Assembly: GCF_037042905.1 (NCBI RefSeq)
Contig: NC_087251.1
Span: 47,494,001 to 47,558,000 of the forward strand
DNA from: Lytechinus pictus
Taxonomy: Eukaryota
Direction: 5' to 3'
Length of the DNA stretch: 64,000 nucleotides
Shown here: positions 27,566 through 41,275 of the stretch, piece by piece
Position numbering within the stretch: position 1 is the stretch's first letter
Layout of the letters: the number at the start of each line of letters is the position of its first letter
Notes under the pieces: model-generated
The model's database searches: none
Told to the model about the DNA's origin: nothing
Seen by the model: the letters and a program-made list of their open reading frames with translations, nothing else
Position numbers and translations under genes: made by a program

Positions 27566-28598
27566 GACAACATTCTTGTTACGCTTTCTAAAACTAGTTT
27601 ACTGGAAACCGGTTCAGGAAACCAGTTTGGAAGATCGCTTTGCTAGCGTTCCCATTTGATCATCGGAAAGTGGTTTTCAAAATTACTTCACGTAAAGTGA
27701 TCTTGTTGCTATGGAAATGCTCTCGGTGGGGTGACACGTTTCGCGCGAAATTCAAAACCCGCAGCGTAGGCATTCTACACCTGTTGTGTGGATTAGGGAG
27801 CTCAAAATGTGTGAAGATCGCTTCCCGGAGAACGGTTGTGTCCTTTTAAAGGGGAATCCAGCCTTGGCCATAAAATGTTGTGTTGGGAAGGAGAAAAATA
27901 TATTAAACAGTATGGTGAAAGTCTGAAAGAAATCGGACAAGCAATAAGAAAGTTATAGCTGCTTTCAAATTGAGATCACTAATACTATGTAGATTTCAAA
28001 TTGGCAACTGGGTAAGTAAATTATGACAAGGGGCAAGGACAACTTTCCCATAGGCCATGTACTTTATTATCAGGGATTTGTGGTTTTCTCCTAAGTACCC
28101 ATTCCCCTGGGGCAGTAATCTAAATATAACCCAGGTAGTATATTGTTTTATGTCCTCATGAAAGAAAAATATAATTTGAAATAAAACTTTTAGGAAAAAT
28201 GACATTTTAGCCATAATAAGTATTGGAGTACATGGAAGAGTAGTCCTTGCCTTACATCACTATGACATCCCATATGCGGCCAATTTGAAGTCTCCATGGG
28301 TATAGTGATTACCAATATTTACAACTTTTAAAAATTCATAACTTTCTTGTTGTTTGTCCAATATTGTTCAAACTTTCACCTATCAACCTATCTGATTTTT
28401 CTTTTCCTTATAAAAACAAGTTTTTATTTGGGTTGGATTCCCCTTTAACAAGGCAAAGCGATCTTCAAAACTACATCGCGAGGTGGTTTTCTGAACCGGT
28501 TTGGAAGATCGCTTTGACCGTTCTCATTACACCTTAAACTAGTTTCCAGTAAACCAGTTTCCAGTAAACTAGTTTTAAGAAGGTGGTGAGAACGGTGT
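27566..28598. mobile_element. MITE family A, copy 3 (inverted), split by the Kolobok-like insertion
   Basis: 27566-27845 and 28449-28598 together match the reverse complement of copy 1. Confidence 0.8.
27850..28444. mobile_element. Kolobok-like MITE nested in another MITE
   Basis: Perfect 11-bp TIR AGGGGAATCCA, TTAA at 27846-27849 and 28445-28448. Confidence 0.85.
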
Positions 28599-28688
28599 AT
28601 GTATTTAAATAAAAAAGTACATGACTGTAATGCAATCTATCAGCTCAAATACACCTTGCAAACTAATCAAATCTGACATTTATTCTCT

Positions 28689-29044
28689 GGCCCATATTCT
28701 GAAGTCTAGTTTAACTTAGGCCATGGTCTAGACTCTAACTCTGTATAAAATTATGGCAAGCCAGAAATGACAAAATTGCATACATTTACATTTATACAAA
28801 TGTAAATAAATGTATGCAAATAATGTTAATTTGGATCTTTCCTCATGTTTTACTGAAGAGGAGAACTATCTCAGTAATTATTCCCACTCAGTTATGAATC
28901 ATTGTGTCAAAATGACATAGTCAAATGGGCTGACAAATTGTACTCGTACTGTTACAGGTACCTCTCCATATTGGCTATCCATAGTTAAACCCGTACAACT
29001 TTAGACTAGAGTTTGAATTAAACACGAGTTCAGGATACGGGCCT
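28689..29044. mobile_element. MITE, degenerate
   Basis: ggcccatattctgaa / ttcaggatacgggcc inverted ends. Confidence 0.55.
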
Positions 29045-29404
29045 ATCAGTCTACAATTTGTAAACATATAATAAATCTAATATTATAGCCAAAATGCAGT
29101 TTAGTTAAACATAATGATAGTTTAAAAATGAGGATTGCAGTTGTGGAAATGGACAAGTAGGCCCTACATGTATGTATACCTTGGTATTCCTGTAGGTCCA
29201 TGGTTTTCCAGATGTTTGTACCTCATGAATCTCTGTGAATTTGACATATGGCCTCTCCATGCATGTATGATACCACAATAAATCATGAATATATGGCTAA
29301 TTTGTGGCAGAGAAGGTCAGAGATGTTATGCAATAATTCATAGCATCTACAGAGAAAATAAACAGCAGGGGTAGCATTGTCATTATCAATAGTCCCAGCC
29401 TTAA

Positions 29405-29896
29405 AGGGGATGTTACCCTGACAAAAAGTTTATTGTAAAAATAGCCCAAAAAAAATCATTTAAAATTATTGACGAAGGTTTGAGAAAAATCCATCAAAGA
29501 ATTGAAAAGTTATTAGAATTGTAATTATTTGATTTTTGACATCATATGCAAGCAGAGTGAATGGTAAAAATCAATGAAATTTCATTTTCTAAGAAATTGA
29601 AAATAGTTTTTACTGTACCTTTTGTATATCCATAGTCAAATCATTTTACACCCGATCATGAAGAGAAAACAAAAATAAGTCATCAGGAAGCATTATAAAA
29701 AATGAAATTCATGCATTCTATATTACATAATAATATGGGGCAGATGAGCTGCTCATTTATGATGTCACAATCCTAAACTTAGAATTCTAATAACTTTTTT
29801 AATCTTTAACAGATTTTCCTCAAACCTTCACCAATATCTTTTATTATTTTTTCTTCTATCTTTACAACAAACTTTTTTTCAGGCTGAACTTCCCCT
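29405..29896. mobile_element. Kolobok-like MITE with long imperfect inverted arms
   Basis: TTAA flanks, agggga...tcccct termini; relative at 57214-57628. Confidence 0.75.
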
Positions 29897-32256
29897 TTAA
29901 TAATTGCATGAAAGACAAAGTGAATTGCACCCAGGAAATTCAAAGACACAGCCTGTCAAGACAAATCAAATTAACCCATTCACTACTGCATAATGCCAAA
30001 ACTAAAATAAGTTATGTACATGAATTATACAAACCTCATATCCGGCCAACCCCCCCCCCCAAAAAAAAAAAAAAGTATATATATATATATATATCTCAAT
30101 TTTAAGGGTTTAAATGTGGGAGACAAGAAATTTACAACATCCTTAATATCCATCAAAATTTGAATGCCAAATAGAAAAATTTACATTTTTTATGTTGCAG
30201 AAAAAGCAGAAAATCAGATCTACATTATCCATTCACTGAGCCCACATGTACATGTATGTATAGGTTACATGTCTGTTAATCAATGAAAACAATCTGCCTG
30301 CCGTATTATAATTCAATTTAACATGCCAATCAATACTGATCTAGAGTTTCATTACTTCTTCCTGCTCATTTCTCAATGGTTTTAACGTGTACATGTATTG
30401 AAAAAACAGTAATTTGGGGTGGAAATTGAAGATGTCTGCCAATTGAATTCCGAGAGTCGTTCTTTTAACAAGCCTCTGAATGACTTATTCAATATTGCAT
30501 AATAGATCAAGTGATATGTGTACATTAAGTATATAATTGCATTCGTGTCTGTGGTAAACAAATTGTAGGGCATTTTATTGAGTGATAGTCATTATTATGT
30601 AGAGACTAGAGAAGTAATGATTGTTTATTCCAATTATGAAACTGAAAATTAATAACCGATAGAGACAGTGGCAGTGAGGATTAAAGATACACACTATCAA
30701 AAAATAAAAAAAGTAAAAAAAAATAAGATGTAAAGAAAGAGTTAAAACTGATTGAGATTTTTACCTACTTTGCCCATCATTCTCATAGAAATGGCATCAT
30801 ACTACCTCTCTCTATACTACCCCCTTTCAAATTTTTACATTCATATAATTTCTACCCCAGATCACATCAGTCCTTGGTAAGGAAATTTTCATAAGCATGT
30901 GGCACATTTTGATTAAAACTTTATCAAATTTTGCCTAAATATCAAGCAACTATTAAACAAAAAGGAGCTCTTTTATCAGATTTACGATAGGACATTATTC
31001 AAGATAAAAATTTTGGAAAAGATTTGGAGAAAAAAAATTGGAAAATCTTATGACTCAAAATGAAAATGGTCGCATGTCATGTGGTCCAATTTCGCGAACA
31101 GGGTAAAAATGGTCCAAAAAGTATTTTTTTGATATGTCACAGGTACTACCATTCTGTAAATAATGAAAAAAATGTAAGTCTCAAATACCTTTATTTTTCC
31201 TTAAAATGAATAATTAACAGCTAATTATTACATAGACGTCAATGTAAATATGAATTTTGAAATGTGTTTTTCTCACATAAAATGGTGTCAAAAGTTAATG
31301 CATCATTGGATCACCCTGCAGTTTTAATCAATAATTAAATCTGTATCAAAAATTGAATAATTATCTGTTATTGTATGCATATTAATTACACTTATTAATT
31401 AACAATATCTAATTTCACATTTTGCCCCCAAAATGCCTGTCACTGTTTATATGCTTGGCAAGATGACAAACATCATGGGTAGAAATATTTGTTGCAATGA
31501 TGCACAACTTTTGAACTAAAAATTAAGTTTACAAATAAGATAATTAACCAAATTTCTCCTGTTTACTAATTGATTAGGTTGCAGATCAGAGCTGACATAC
31601 TGTACACATGTATTTCATTCCTGCATATTTTCAAAACTGTCACATTTAGTTGTTCCCTGCTTTTAACTGCCTAGAAATATGAGGCTGATAGTCATATTGC
31701 ATATTGTATTAAGTTGTTAATGAAGTTTAATTATCATTCTATCATTCCCCCCATCCACCGGCTCCGCCACCCCTGTTACTTCAAACTTAGCAACAATTTT
31801 TCCATGGCACTGTGTGGAAAATTGTTCATCCGCCACCCTTTTTGCATACCCAACTTTAAATGCGACCAAATGTATTTCATACCTTCGTGTATGGCTTCTG
31901 ACTCCAACTGTTTGTATCTTTTCAGGTATTTCTAAGGTCTAAGCTGGGCATTATTCTCCAATTTGGCCTCAATCACCAAGGCTATTAGAGGGCCGGAAAT
32001 CTATATTGATCCTTTAAGTTGGGTGTATAATAGGATTTACAGATTTTTTCACACCTCTTTATCCCTATGGTATGTAATGGTCAAATTAAGCAGCCATACT
32101 AACAGTCTGCTCTATAACTGTCAATTGACATGGTTATTTTTATCAATAAATAGTAATTAGAGCCAACATGTAAAAGGACGTGTTCCCACGAAAGTACGAT
32201 TGTCAGATTTTCTATAAAAAATCACAAATAGGTTTGTAAATTGATTGTTATTATTA

Positions 32257-32711
32257 GGGTGTGTTCAATATTGGTTTCCAAATTTAAACAGCATGAAACG
32301 TGATTGAAAACATGAGAAACAAAGGAAGTGTTCAATGTCCTCCATTCCTGGTCGTAAAAGTAAACGTCTTTCAAATCATGATTCCGAGGAAAATTCAAAC
32401 GTCGAAAAAGATGCGTTTGTAAACGCGATCAGCTCAAATTTTATGACCTTGAGTGTCACAAATGTGACATTGAACACATTTTTGCAGTGGATGCCTCCAC
32501 AAACAGGTGCCAGAACTGACATTTCTTGTGATGGATCAAGCTGCACTAACGAAAGCGGGAAATTTGAAGACGATCAACATAAAAACAGATTTATATTTTC
32601 GACACTGAACAGTACACCGCTGATCGTGTTTGCGTTCGGTATTTTATAATCAAGTTTTCAATCATGATTCATGTTGCTGTTTAAATTTAAAAATCGACAT
32701 TGAACACATCC
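32257..32711. mobile_element. Harbinger/Tourist-like MITE
   Basis: TIR gggtgtgttcaat / attgaacacatcc with about 60-bp imperfect arms, TTA TSD. Confidence 0.75.
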
Positions 32712-33407
32712 TTAAATGTCAGCTATCAGGTTTTGGAAGACTATTTTGTCCCCAACTACCAAACTACTTGAGGACAGTTTAACATTTCGAACTGATCAGA
32801 TGTCCTAAGTTTTATTGATAAATCTCTTTTGATGATCCTATATTTACTTCAAAGAAAAGAATTCTGAACACGGAAATAATCAAGGCTGGTGTCTGTCTTC
32901 TTTTATCAAATTATGATTGTCTAAAAATCAAAATATAAGTGTCCTAAGGTATGAAAGATCAATAAACTTTCTATGTTTTTTGGACTTTGCTTTTTTGATA
33001 TCAAAAGCAAATAATAATATGACATCATCTGATAAGTGATAAGAAGCTCTTAATTTTTTTTAGACAAGAATACACATGAAATAGAATGTGAATTCATACT
33101 TAAGGCCAATAATAATGTTACAGGTAGGCCTACAATTGTACTGCTGAGTGCTTTTACTACCAGGAAAAGAATATGAAGTCTATAGGGGCCTACATATTAG
33201 AGGCCTAAAGGAATTAATTGCAATTTCATATATAAACTGTATTTGTTTGAGTATAAAATAACAAGGAAATAGAAATTAAAAAAAAAAGCACTGCAGCTCA
33301 ACCAGTGACAGTCATCTGACTCCTACGAAATTTGTGGGCAAATATCCGAGAGATACTGTACTCTTCATAGCAAATATATAAAATATGATGACAAAAAACA
33401 ACAAAAA

Positions 33408-34249
33408 ACAAGTGGAACGCCTCTGGCAGTCTCGCTTGCATTACGCGATTCGATATAGCATCAGTGCCCACTTTGAAAACAGAGCTCTATTGAATAATTA
33501 TTCACAAAATAAAACACTCCTATGATAATAAAATACTATGTCCATTGACCCAACATGACCTTTGACCATGATCATGTGACCTAAGACATGTGCAAAACAA
33601 TCATTCATACTTGATTACCCTTATGTCTATGTTTCATGAGCTACATGAAGATCCATAGACTTTCAAAGTTATGATGCCAATTCAACACCTAACACGGCCA
33701 TAGTTCATTGACCCTAAAACACCTTTGATTTTGGTCATGTGACCTGAAACATGCACAAGATATTCAGGGATACGTGATTACTCTTATGTCCCAAGTTTCA
33801 TGAACTACATGTAGATCTATAAACTTTTAAAGTTATGATGGCAATACCACAAATATCCCCAACATTATCAAAGTTCGTTGACCCTAAATGACCTTTGAGC
33901 TTGGTCATGTGACCTGAAACTCTGACAGGATGTTCAGGGATACTTAATTGCTCTTATGTCTAAGATTCATGAACTAGATCCATAAAATTTCAAAGTTATG
34001 ATGAAATTCCAAAAATTTCACCAACATGGTCAAAGTTTGTTTACCCTAAGTGACCTTTGACTTTGGTCATGTGACCTGAAACTCAAGCAGGATCTTAAGT
34101 GATGGTTGATTATCCATATACTTTATAAGTTAAATATTTGATGACATTACAAAAACTTAACCTTGGTTAAGATTTCAATGTTGATGGCGTCGTCGTCGGA
34201 AAAGCGGCGCCTATAAGAGTCTTGCTCTGCTATGCAAGCGAGACAAAAA
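33408..34249 (-). mobile_element. HINE-like element, copy 4 (more diverged)
   Basis: subTIRs 33429-33441 and 34232-34244, same internal unit. Confidence 0.8.
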
Positions 34250-34327
34250 CCCTTGCTGGACAGTGGTTTAATATTTTTGCTGCATTGAATTTACTCACAG
34301 GCATCCTGGAACCCCTCCCCCCCCCCC

Positions 34328-34358
<31 letters not shown>

Positions 34359-34791
34359 TTAATTCTCCTCTGCCTCAAGATGATTCCTATCACATATTTG
34401 TTTGAATTTATTTTCATTCCTTGTCACAGGGTCCTTCTGCTCCAGTATCTTATGAAGATTCATGAAATAAAATTCATAAAACCATTGTGCAGGATATACA
34501 TAAAGAAGAATTGATAAAAATATGTACTAGTACAGGGAACAATTTTCATGGTATCATATCGCAATTTGCTCCACATTTTTTAAAGACTGCTACGCATAAA
34601 GTCTTTTGTATAGCATATTTTTACACAGGACTGTACATTACTTTAATAGTTGAGAGCTTTTCTCTTATGACCAAAAATGCTATTCAAATTTGTAAAGCAA
34701 AATTATTCCCTCTAGAAATAATCCATTTTAGCATACCAAATCTGTACATAACAAGATCACGACCCCTCCCCCCCCCCCCCGAAAAAAATAT

Positions 34792-35051
34792 GATAATAAT
34801 AATTATAATAATAATATAATAATAATAATGTTTATTTACCCAGGGTAGCCACTTCAGTTAGGAAACTGCTCTACCAGCGGGCCCTGCATAACATAATATG
34901 TTATTATTACCCTTCTCCAATCTAAATGCTGAGCGCCTAGCAAGAAGGCAGAAGGTCCCGTTTTTAGAAGTCTTTGGTATGACTCGGAGAGGATCGAACC
35001 TACGACCTCCCGTTCATGAGGCGGACGTTCTACCACTGAGCCACCATGCCC
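34792..35051 (-). mobile_element. tRNA-derived SINE with Meta-domain-like body and (ATT)n tail
   Basis: A box TGGCTCAGTGG, B box GGTTCGATCC, then gtcataccaaagact...aaaaacgg...ctcagcatt, ending in ATT repeats. Confidence 0.8.
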
Positions 35052-35149
35052 AGTTAAATAATTGAAAAAAGCACTGAATGGCATGTACGGTAGTTAATCT
35101 ATCTCTAATCAGAGTCAACTATGTTGCACAGTAATTCTTTAAATAGAAA

Positions 35150-35352
35150 TTTATAAGAACAAGACTCCATTCCCAAGGTGAAGATAGACAGACAGAAAGA
35201 GGCAGGAAATTAAGCCAACCTGGATCAAGAGAAGCACAATGTGGGTAAATCTCTTGCTGAAAGAAAACACACCATGGCTTGGAATCGAACCCACGTCCCT
35301 CAGACTGAAAGACAGTAATTGAAAGACAGAGAGACTAGACCACGACACCCCT
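35150..35352 (-). mobile_element. Degenerate tRNA-derived SINE (CORE-like)
   Basis: gtggtctagt A box remnant, GGTTCGATTCC B box, cagcaagagatttaccc body. Confidence 0.55.
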
Positions 35353-37318
35353 AGTGGATACATTGTGGATCCATCAGCCCACTGACCTGATCCAGGGGTC
35401 TTTCTTTCACCAACCAGCTGGTTACTCTTGAAGCTATGGAAATAGTTTACAATAGGTGTTGGGCAGTGAACTAAACCAAATGGTGGAAAATTTGAAACAA
35501 TGTCTTTGTCTCACCCTTTTATACATAAAAAATTTCCCACAAATCTCACAAGTACAACCAGGTGAAGACCATTTCTTAGTGCTGATTCTGTTCACCGTCA
35601 ATCTGGGTGGGTGTTTCACAAAGTCATTTGTAAAGTTATGAATGACTTTATGCACAACTGGTGTTCCTTTCTCATATGTTAAATGATACACACCAGATTT
35701 TCATTGGCGTTGATTATAAAGTTCCTGGGTCACCAGTTGTTCATCATGTCGCTTGTAAGTTATGAACAGATTTATTAAAGACCCTGACCGGGGTAAAAAC
35801 ATCCATACATCAACAGAAAGGTAATGATTCATAGAATAGAAATATACCAAAAATATTACATATATCTCATTCCATTAATTAAAAAATTAAATAGAAATCA
35901 AAGAAATCGCTCCTCCTGAACTTGTTTCGATTGAGCACCCCCACGTCGCATGGAAATTATGACATCATGTTGTGTATGGAGGGTCGTGATTCCACAGGTT
36001 TGTGTAAAAAAACTGGGTGATTTTTCTGATTTCCAGATGAAATTCAATTTTTTTTTCACTTTCAGATGAAAATGGCAGTCACAATTATTCAGCGTTCAAA
36101 TGGAGGGAAACTTACAACTATTCACTACTTTTTTTGTGATTTTTTTGTTTTTTGGTAGACCAAATGATAGTAGACGAGTTGGCAATTGGACAAATTGGCA
36201 TTAGACGAATTGGAAATAAACCCAGTGGATCGATCCATGCATCCAGTTTACAAGGTCTTACATGATGCATCATGATGCACAGTGCATATTGGTCTATAAA
36301 TATAACATAAATTATTAAGTAATTATTAACACTCATTAACTTGCCATTTTTAGTCTATCAATTGGATATTCAATACAGCTCATTACATACACTCTATATC
36401 CAGAAGGTTTATTATTCTGAAGATTCATTATTATTTATGTTTTTTTATTCTGAAACATCCACATTACACATATCAAGATGTTCATTTGTCAGAAAAAGAA
36501 AAGGTTTGTTAATCTGAATATTTGTGGCATTAGTTAGAACTAAGAAAAATTGTTAATCTAAAAGGAAAATGGAGTTTGTTATTCCAAAGGCTCGAATCTG
36601 ACAATAAAATAAGATTTATTATTCCAAAGGCTTAATAGTAAAAAAATAAGGGTTTATTTGCATGAAAATAGCCAAAGATATACAACCCCCTTGAGTAGTT
36701 ACAAGGACTATGAAACCTTCTGAAATATTGAAATTTACTTTGTTTTCTGATTATGAATATTAACCCATATCTCATTTTCGAATTTCGACGAATCAAAAAT
36801 TTGGATTAACGAACCTACAGACTTATGAACCATCAGAGTATATTGTACATCAACCTCGTACTTCCCTGATTAAACCAATCACTGAAAACGTGGTGACCCT
36901 TTTACAATGACCTTAAAACCTATCTCATGTCAAGGCAGTTAGCTTCTTCAATCATCTCGTATAAAGTCGAGCCCTCATTCATGAAACCTTAGAACATATA
37001 CATGTAGGCATATTATTGACTGTGCAGGCCCTAAGCTATGGCCATGAGGAAATAGTTTAGAAGTACTTGGATTTATGAGTATGGATTCTGGACCCATATC
37101 AAAAGTGTGATTACTTTGCAATTCATTATTAACTACTGTGCATTTACATAATTAATAATAGCACATTTTCTTTAAAAAAAGGTACAAAGTGCATTACATA
37201 TAGGCCTACATGCAGAGGTGAGAAAGTATTTACGATGAAACCAAACAAATAAATGCGAATGAAAATGAAAGACCAATGCTAGTCATTTAACTACTCTGTT
37301 CAACCATACATATACAGT

Positions 37319-37794
37319 AGGTGGTTTCAGACTGCCTCGAAGTTCGTCAGTTCCAGGTATTCTCTGATCGGGAAATTTACCCCGATCAGAAAATACCAGG
37401 TATTTTGGTAATGTGAAAGCAAACTACGCGTAATTTCCCCGAAAGAAAATACCCGCTAAATAGTAGGTACATGGCGAAATTACGAGAACTTTCGCGGGGA
37501 TTTTTCCAAGGTCGCAGGTATTTTGGCAATGTGAAAGCAATTTACGGGAACTTTTAGCCCAGCGTGTCGTTGGGCGCGGGCGTAGTGGGTGGCTGCTGGG
37601 CTAGTGGTTTTGAATCTCACGCCTTGCCTGCTTATTAGACCATACTGCGCATGCTCCTAACTTCAGGAATTTATCCTGAAGAATATGTTTCGGGGCGGTG
37701 TGAATGCAGGAATAATTAGTGGGTATTTTTTAGCCTAAAAATGTTCTCGTAATTTAACAGGGATTCTTGTGATCGAGGCGGTTTGAAACCGCCT
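37319..37794. mobile_element. MITE family B, copy 1 (ANT target duplication)
   Basis: About 22-bp TIR aggtggtttcagactgcctcga, TSD AGT. Confidence 0.85.
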
Positions 37795-39540
37795 AGTAAG
37801 TACAATATGGCTAAATGAAATGCCAAGCCTGCATTAAAGATGCTGGTATCATAAAGTTTTTGCTGAAAAATGATATCAATTACCTACATGTATCAGGGGT
37901 CAGCAACATGCACATTAAACTCTGCTCTGCTAAAAATATAATTCTGCATATATTTAGACAATGCCAGTGGGTGAGGAGTAGTAAATAATTATGCCTTTTT
38001 TCTGTGACAGTAACCTGTGGTAAGCTGCCATTAAGCCACCAGCAAATAATACATGATGGTTATTATAGGGAGGTTTGCACCAATAAGTAAAAGATTGACC
38101 TACAAATTGTCATAAGGTTCAAATGATATTGAATTATTATATAAATCAAGTAAAGTATAGTATGCAAAACTTTATATTTGCTAATCAATAGCCATCACAC
38201 TTTCCAATGGAAAAATAAACATTTCTTTTGCAAGGCCTGCTTCGAGGTCCACATGATAAAGGCAAGAATACTACATTTTTTACAGTTTACAGTGGGTATT
38301 TCAAGAGTTTTTGGGGCAAATCATCTGATCATTTTATTCACAGCACTCTCCTTTACCGTTAAAGGTCGTCAATAACCTTTCATAAGGTAACAGGCTAACA
38401 GCGAAATCACAATTCCAGCTACTGTTGTAGTCATAATTGCAATATTTATTTAGGGCTGAGCCTGAGGTGTACAGAGGCAGCAGATGTATCCAGGATAAAA
38501 ACTTTGTCTTGCAATTACCACCATACTAGTATTCAATGAAATGATGTTAAAATTAAAGGAGATACTAATTAATGGTCAAACAACAGATACAGAGTAATCC
38601 TGGGCTCCTGGCTTGGTATTTGCATTCTTGATTGGAAAAACATAAATACAGGCTACAGCACTTCATCATCAAAGAACCTAATTAACATACTTTGAATAAA
38701 AACAATCATGGAAAAGACATCAATAATGAATACTATTACACTGAACACCTAATGTTCACTCTTGTTAATTAGGCATACATGCAACACATTCAATGTAGCC
38801 TTATCTATGCATACATGTACACATTTTCATTAATGAGTAATGATCATGTATTATTTTATCAGGTCTATGTAGGTCAGTTTCATCATGTGTCTGTTGCAAT
38901 TATCTTAACCCAAATACTATTCTACAAATCTTCATTTTAGTTGTAACTTGTATTCATCATCATTCGAGATACTACATACCACGGTTTTGAGAATTAAGCA
39001 AATCGAGTGTTTGTAATCAGAACAAGAGACCATGCAATCTCTTCTCAAATAAAAAAATATGCTCTGTATAAAGTAAAGCACTTTTTTTCAGATGGCTTGG
39101 TGTATTTTGGGTAAAAGCTTTATTACATACATGTATATGCCCTAAATGAAATTTTCTTTGTTAAAATTGAAATAGTGAAAAAGAGCAGAAATAATCAATG
39201 ATGCAAATAACAGTAATCAAAATTAAGACACTTCTTTTGTGTTTTTATTTTTGTGTATGTTCAATTCAAATTGACTGAAACCAATTTATTTGTTGCTTGC
39301 TTCCTTTTCATTGTCCAGCTTCCAAACACCAACTACATGTTTCCCTTTAACTCGATCCTGCCAACTGCTGGTCAACAAACGGAGCCACCCAAACTCTTGA
39401 TAACGGTGGTTCATTATCTATCGAGCAAAGGACATCATTATGCAATAACAACCCATGTATGTCCACCATACATGCAGGAACCTCGTGTACGCAAGCCTGC
39501 GTGTACGTGCAGGGCCCATGATTCTAGAACAGGCAACATT

Positions 39541-40022
39541 AGGTGGTTTCAGACCGCCTCGAAGTTCATCAGTTCCAGGTATTTTCTGATCGGGAAATTT
39601 ACCCGATCAGAAAATACCAGGTAATATTGGCAATGTGAAAGCAAATTACGCGTAATATCCCCGAAAGAAAATACCCACTAAATAGTAGGTACTTGGCAAA
39701 ATTACGAGAACTTTCGCGGGGATTTTTCCAAGGTCGGAGGTATTTTGGCAATGTGAAAGCAATTTCCGGGAACTTTTAGCCCAGCGTGTACATGTAGTTG
39801 GGCGCGGGCGCCGTGGCTGGCTGCTGAGCTAGTGGTTTTGAATCTCGCGCCTTGCCTGCTTATCAGACCATACTGCGCATGCTCCTAACTTCAGGAATTT
39901 AACCCGAAGGATATGTTTCGGGGCGGTGTGAATGCAGGAATAATTAGTGGGTATTTTTTAGCCTAAAAAAGTTCTCGTAATTTAACGGGGATTCTTATGA
40001 TCGAGGCGGTTTGAAACCACCT
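39541..40022. mobile_element. MITE family B, copy 2
   Basis: Highly similar to 37319-37794, TSD ATT. Confidence 0.85.
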
Positions 40023-40824
40023 ATTATAGGCCCAAATTCACAAAGGTGGTTTTTAAAACTATCAGTTATTAAGCCCATGGTTTTATGCAGAATTCCTGTG
40101 TAAATTACGCTTATATACCGTGTATATTGAAAGAATGTCCATTGCTGATGCACGCTTTTGTCACAGTGCGCCAAATCGAAGCCTGTTGCCGTGGTTAAGT
40201 ATTTTTATTCACGAGTCCACTCTTTAAACAGTGGACTCGTGAATAAAATAGAATAAAAGTAAAATATGGGTCACATTGTTTCAACAAGCTCAAAGGATAG
40301 AAAATGAGAAACAGAATGTGAAAAATAAAATTATAAGAAAGTTTAAGTTGGATTTATTTTAAGTTTCATAAACTCAGACTCTGTAAGAATTATGAATCGG
40401 CTGAGTAGGTAACTTCTCCAACTTGATTGCAACTTTTGTCAGTTTTATCATATTTTGCTCCTTCACACTAATAACTACAATGTTTCACTTGCAAATTATG
40501 TCATTGTAATTATTTATGTCCATTTTACACATGTATGTATTTTGTTTGTTCTCTGAAAATGAAATAAGCAATTTTGAATGTCATTAAAACTACTTTAAAA
40601 AGATGTAATGAGGATATAAAACAAAATGTCAATATTTTAACTACTATCCAAAAGGGAAGGACTTTAAGATTTTGTTATGCGTCAAATATTTAAAGTATGG
40701 CTACATTATATCGTAACAGATTTGACGGGGTTGTTTCAACAACGTAAGACAACAAAATACCTAGCTGACAATCTATATGACAATGATGACAATCATTGTA
40801 TTATATTTCAAATATAATACAAAT

Positions 40825-41275
40825 ACAAATACAGGAGCACCTGGGGAAGGACAAAAACTCCCATAACTGGAAACACCTGCAATCATCACCCCAATGCTTG
40901 TTAGAATGCAATACCCACTGTTTCAAAATTCTCGATACTGCTCAAACAGATTTTCAACTAAAAATAAAAGAAGGGCATTTCATCAAATGGAAACAACCTC
41001 AACTAAACCAACAGGTGTACAATTACCAAATAATGTTATCCATTTAATTTAACCCACTCCTATCTGATAAATCCATAGACAGAATAGTTTTACTTCACTC
41101 CATTTAACAATTAAATTCACACCTTGTAATCTTATAATGTAATTATATTCTTGAAATTTTACTTGACATCCTAAATTCCTACATGTAACTGTATAAATAC
41201 CAATGACTCTGTTTATAATTTTCAGGCTGATGATGAGGTGCGACACCTCGAAAGATGTTCCGTTTATTAAAATGT
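40825..41275 (+). mobile_element. Penelope-like retroelement 3' remnant (GIY-YIG C-terminus plus terminal region)
   Basis: Translates IQEHLGKDKNSHNWKHL...FKILDTA...LKIKEGHFIKWKQPQLNQQ, the EH...FKIL...LKIKE...I...P.LN pattern of PLE GIY-YIG ends. Confidence 0.8.
41224..41262 (+). ncRNA. Minimal hammerhead ribozyme motif, possibly decayed
   Basis: CTGATGA (41227-41233), stem GAGGTG-cga-CACCTC, GAAA (41250-41253), GTT triplet. Confidence 0.6.

Noticed and set aside
32335..32649. 104-aa ORF
   Set aside because: Lies entirely inside a MITE, no recognisable motif
34980..35051. tRNA-like sequence (also 57090-57162)
   Set aside because: A and B boxes present but no acceptor-stem closure; continues into SINE body and tail
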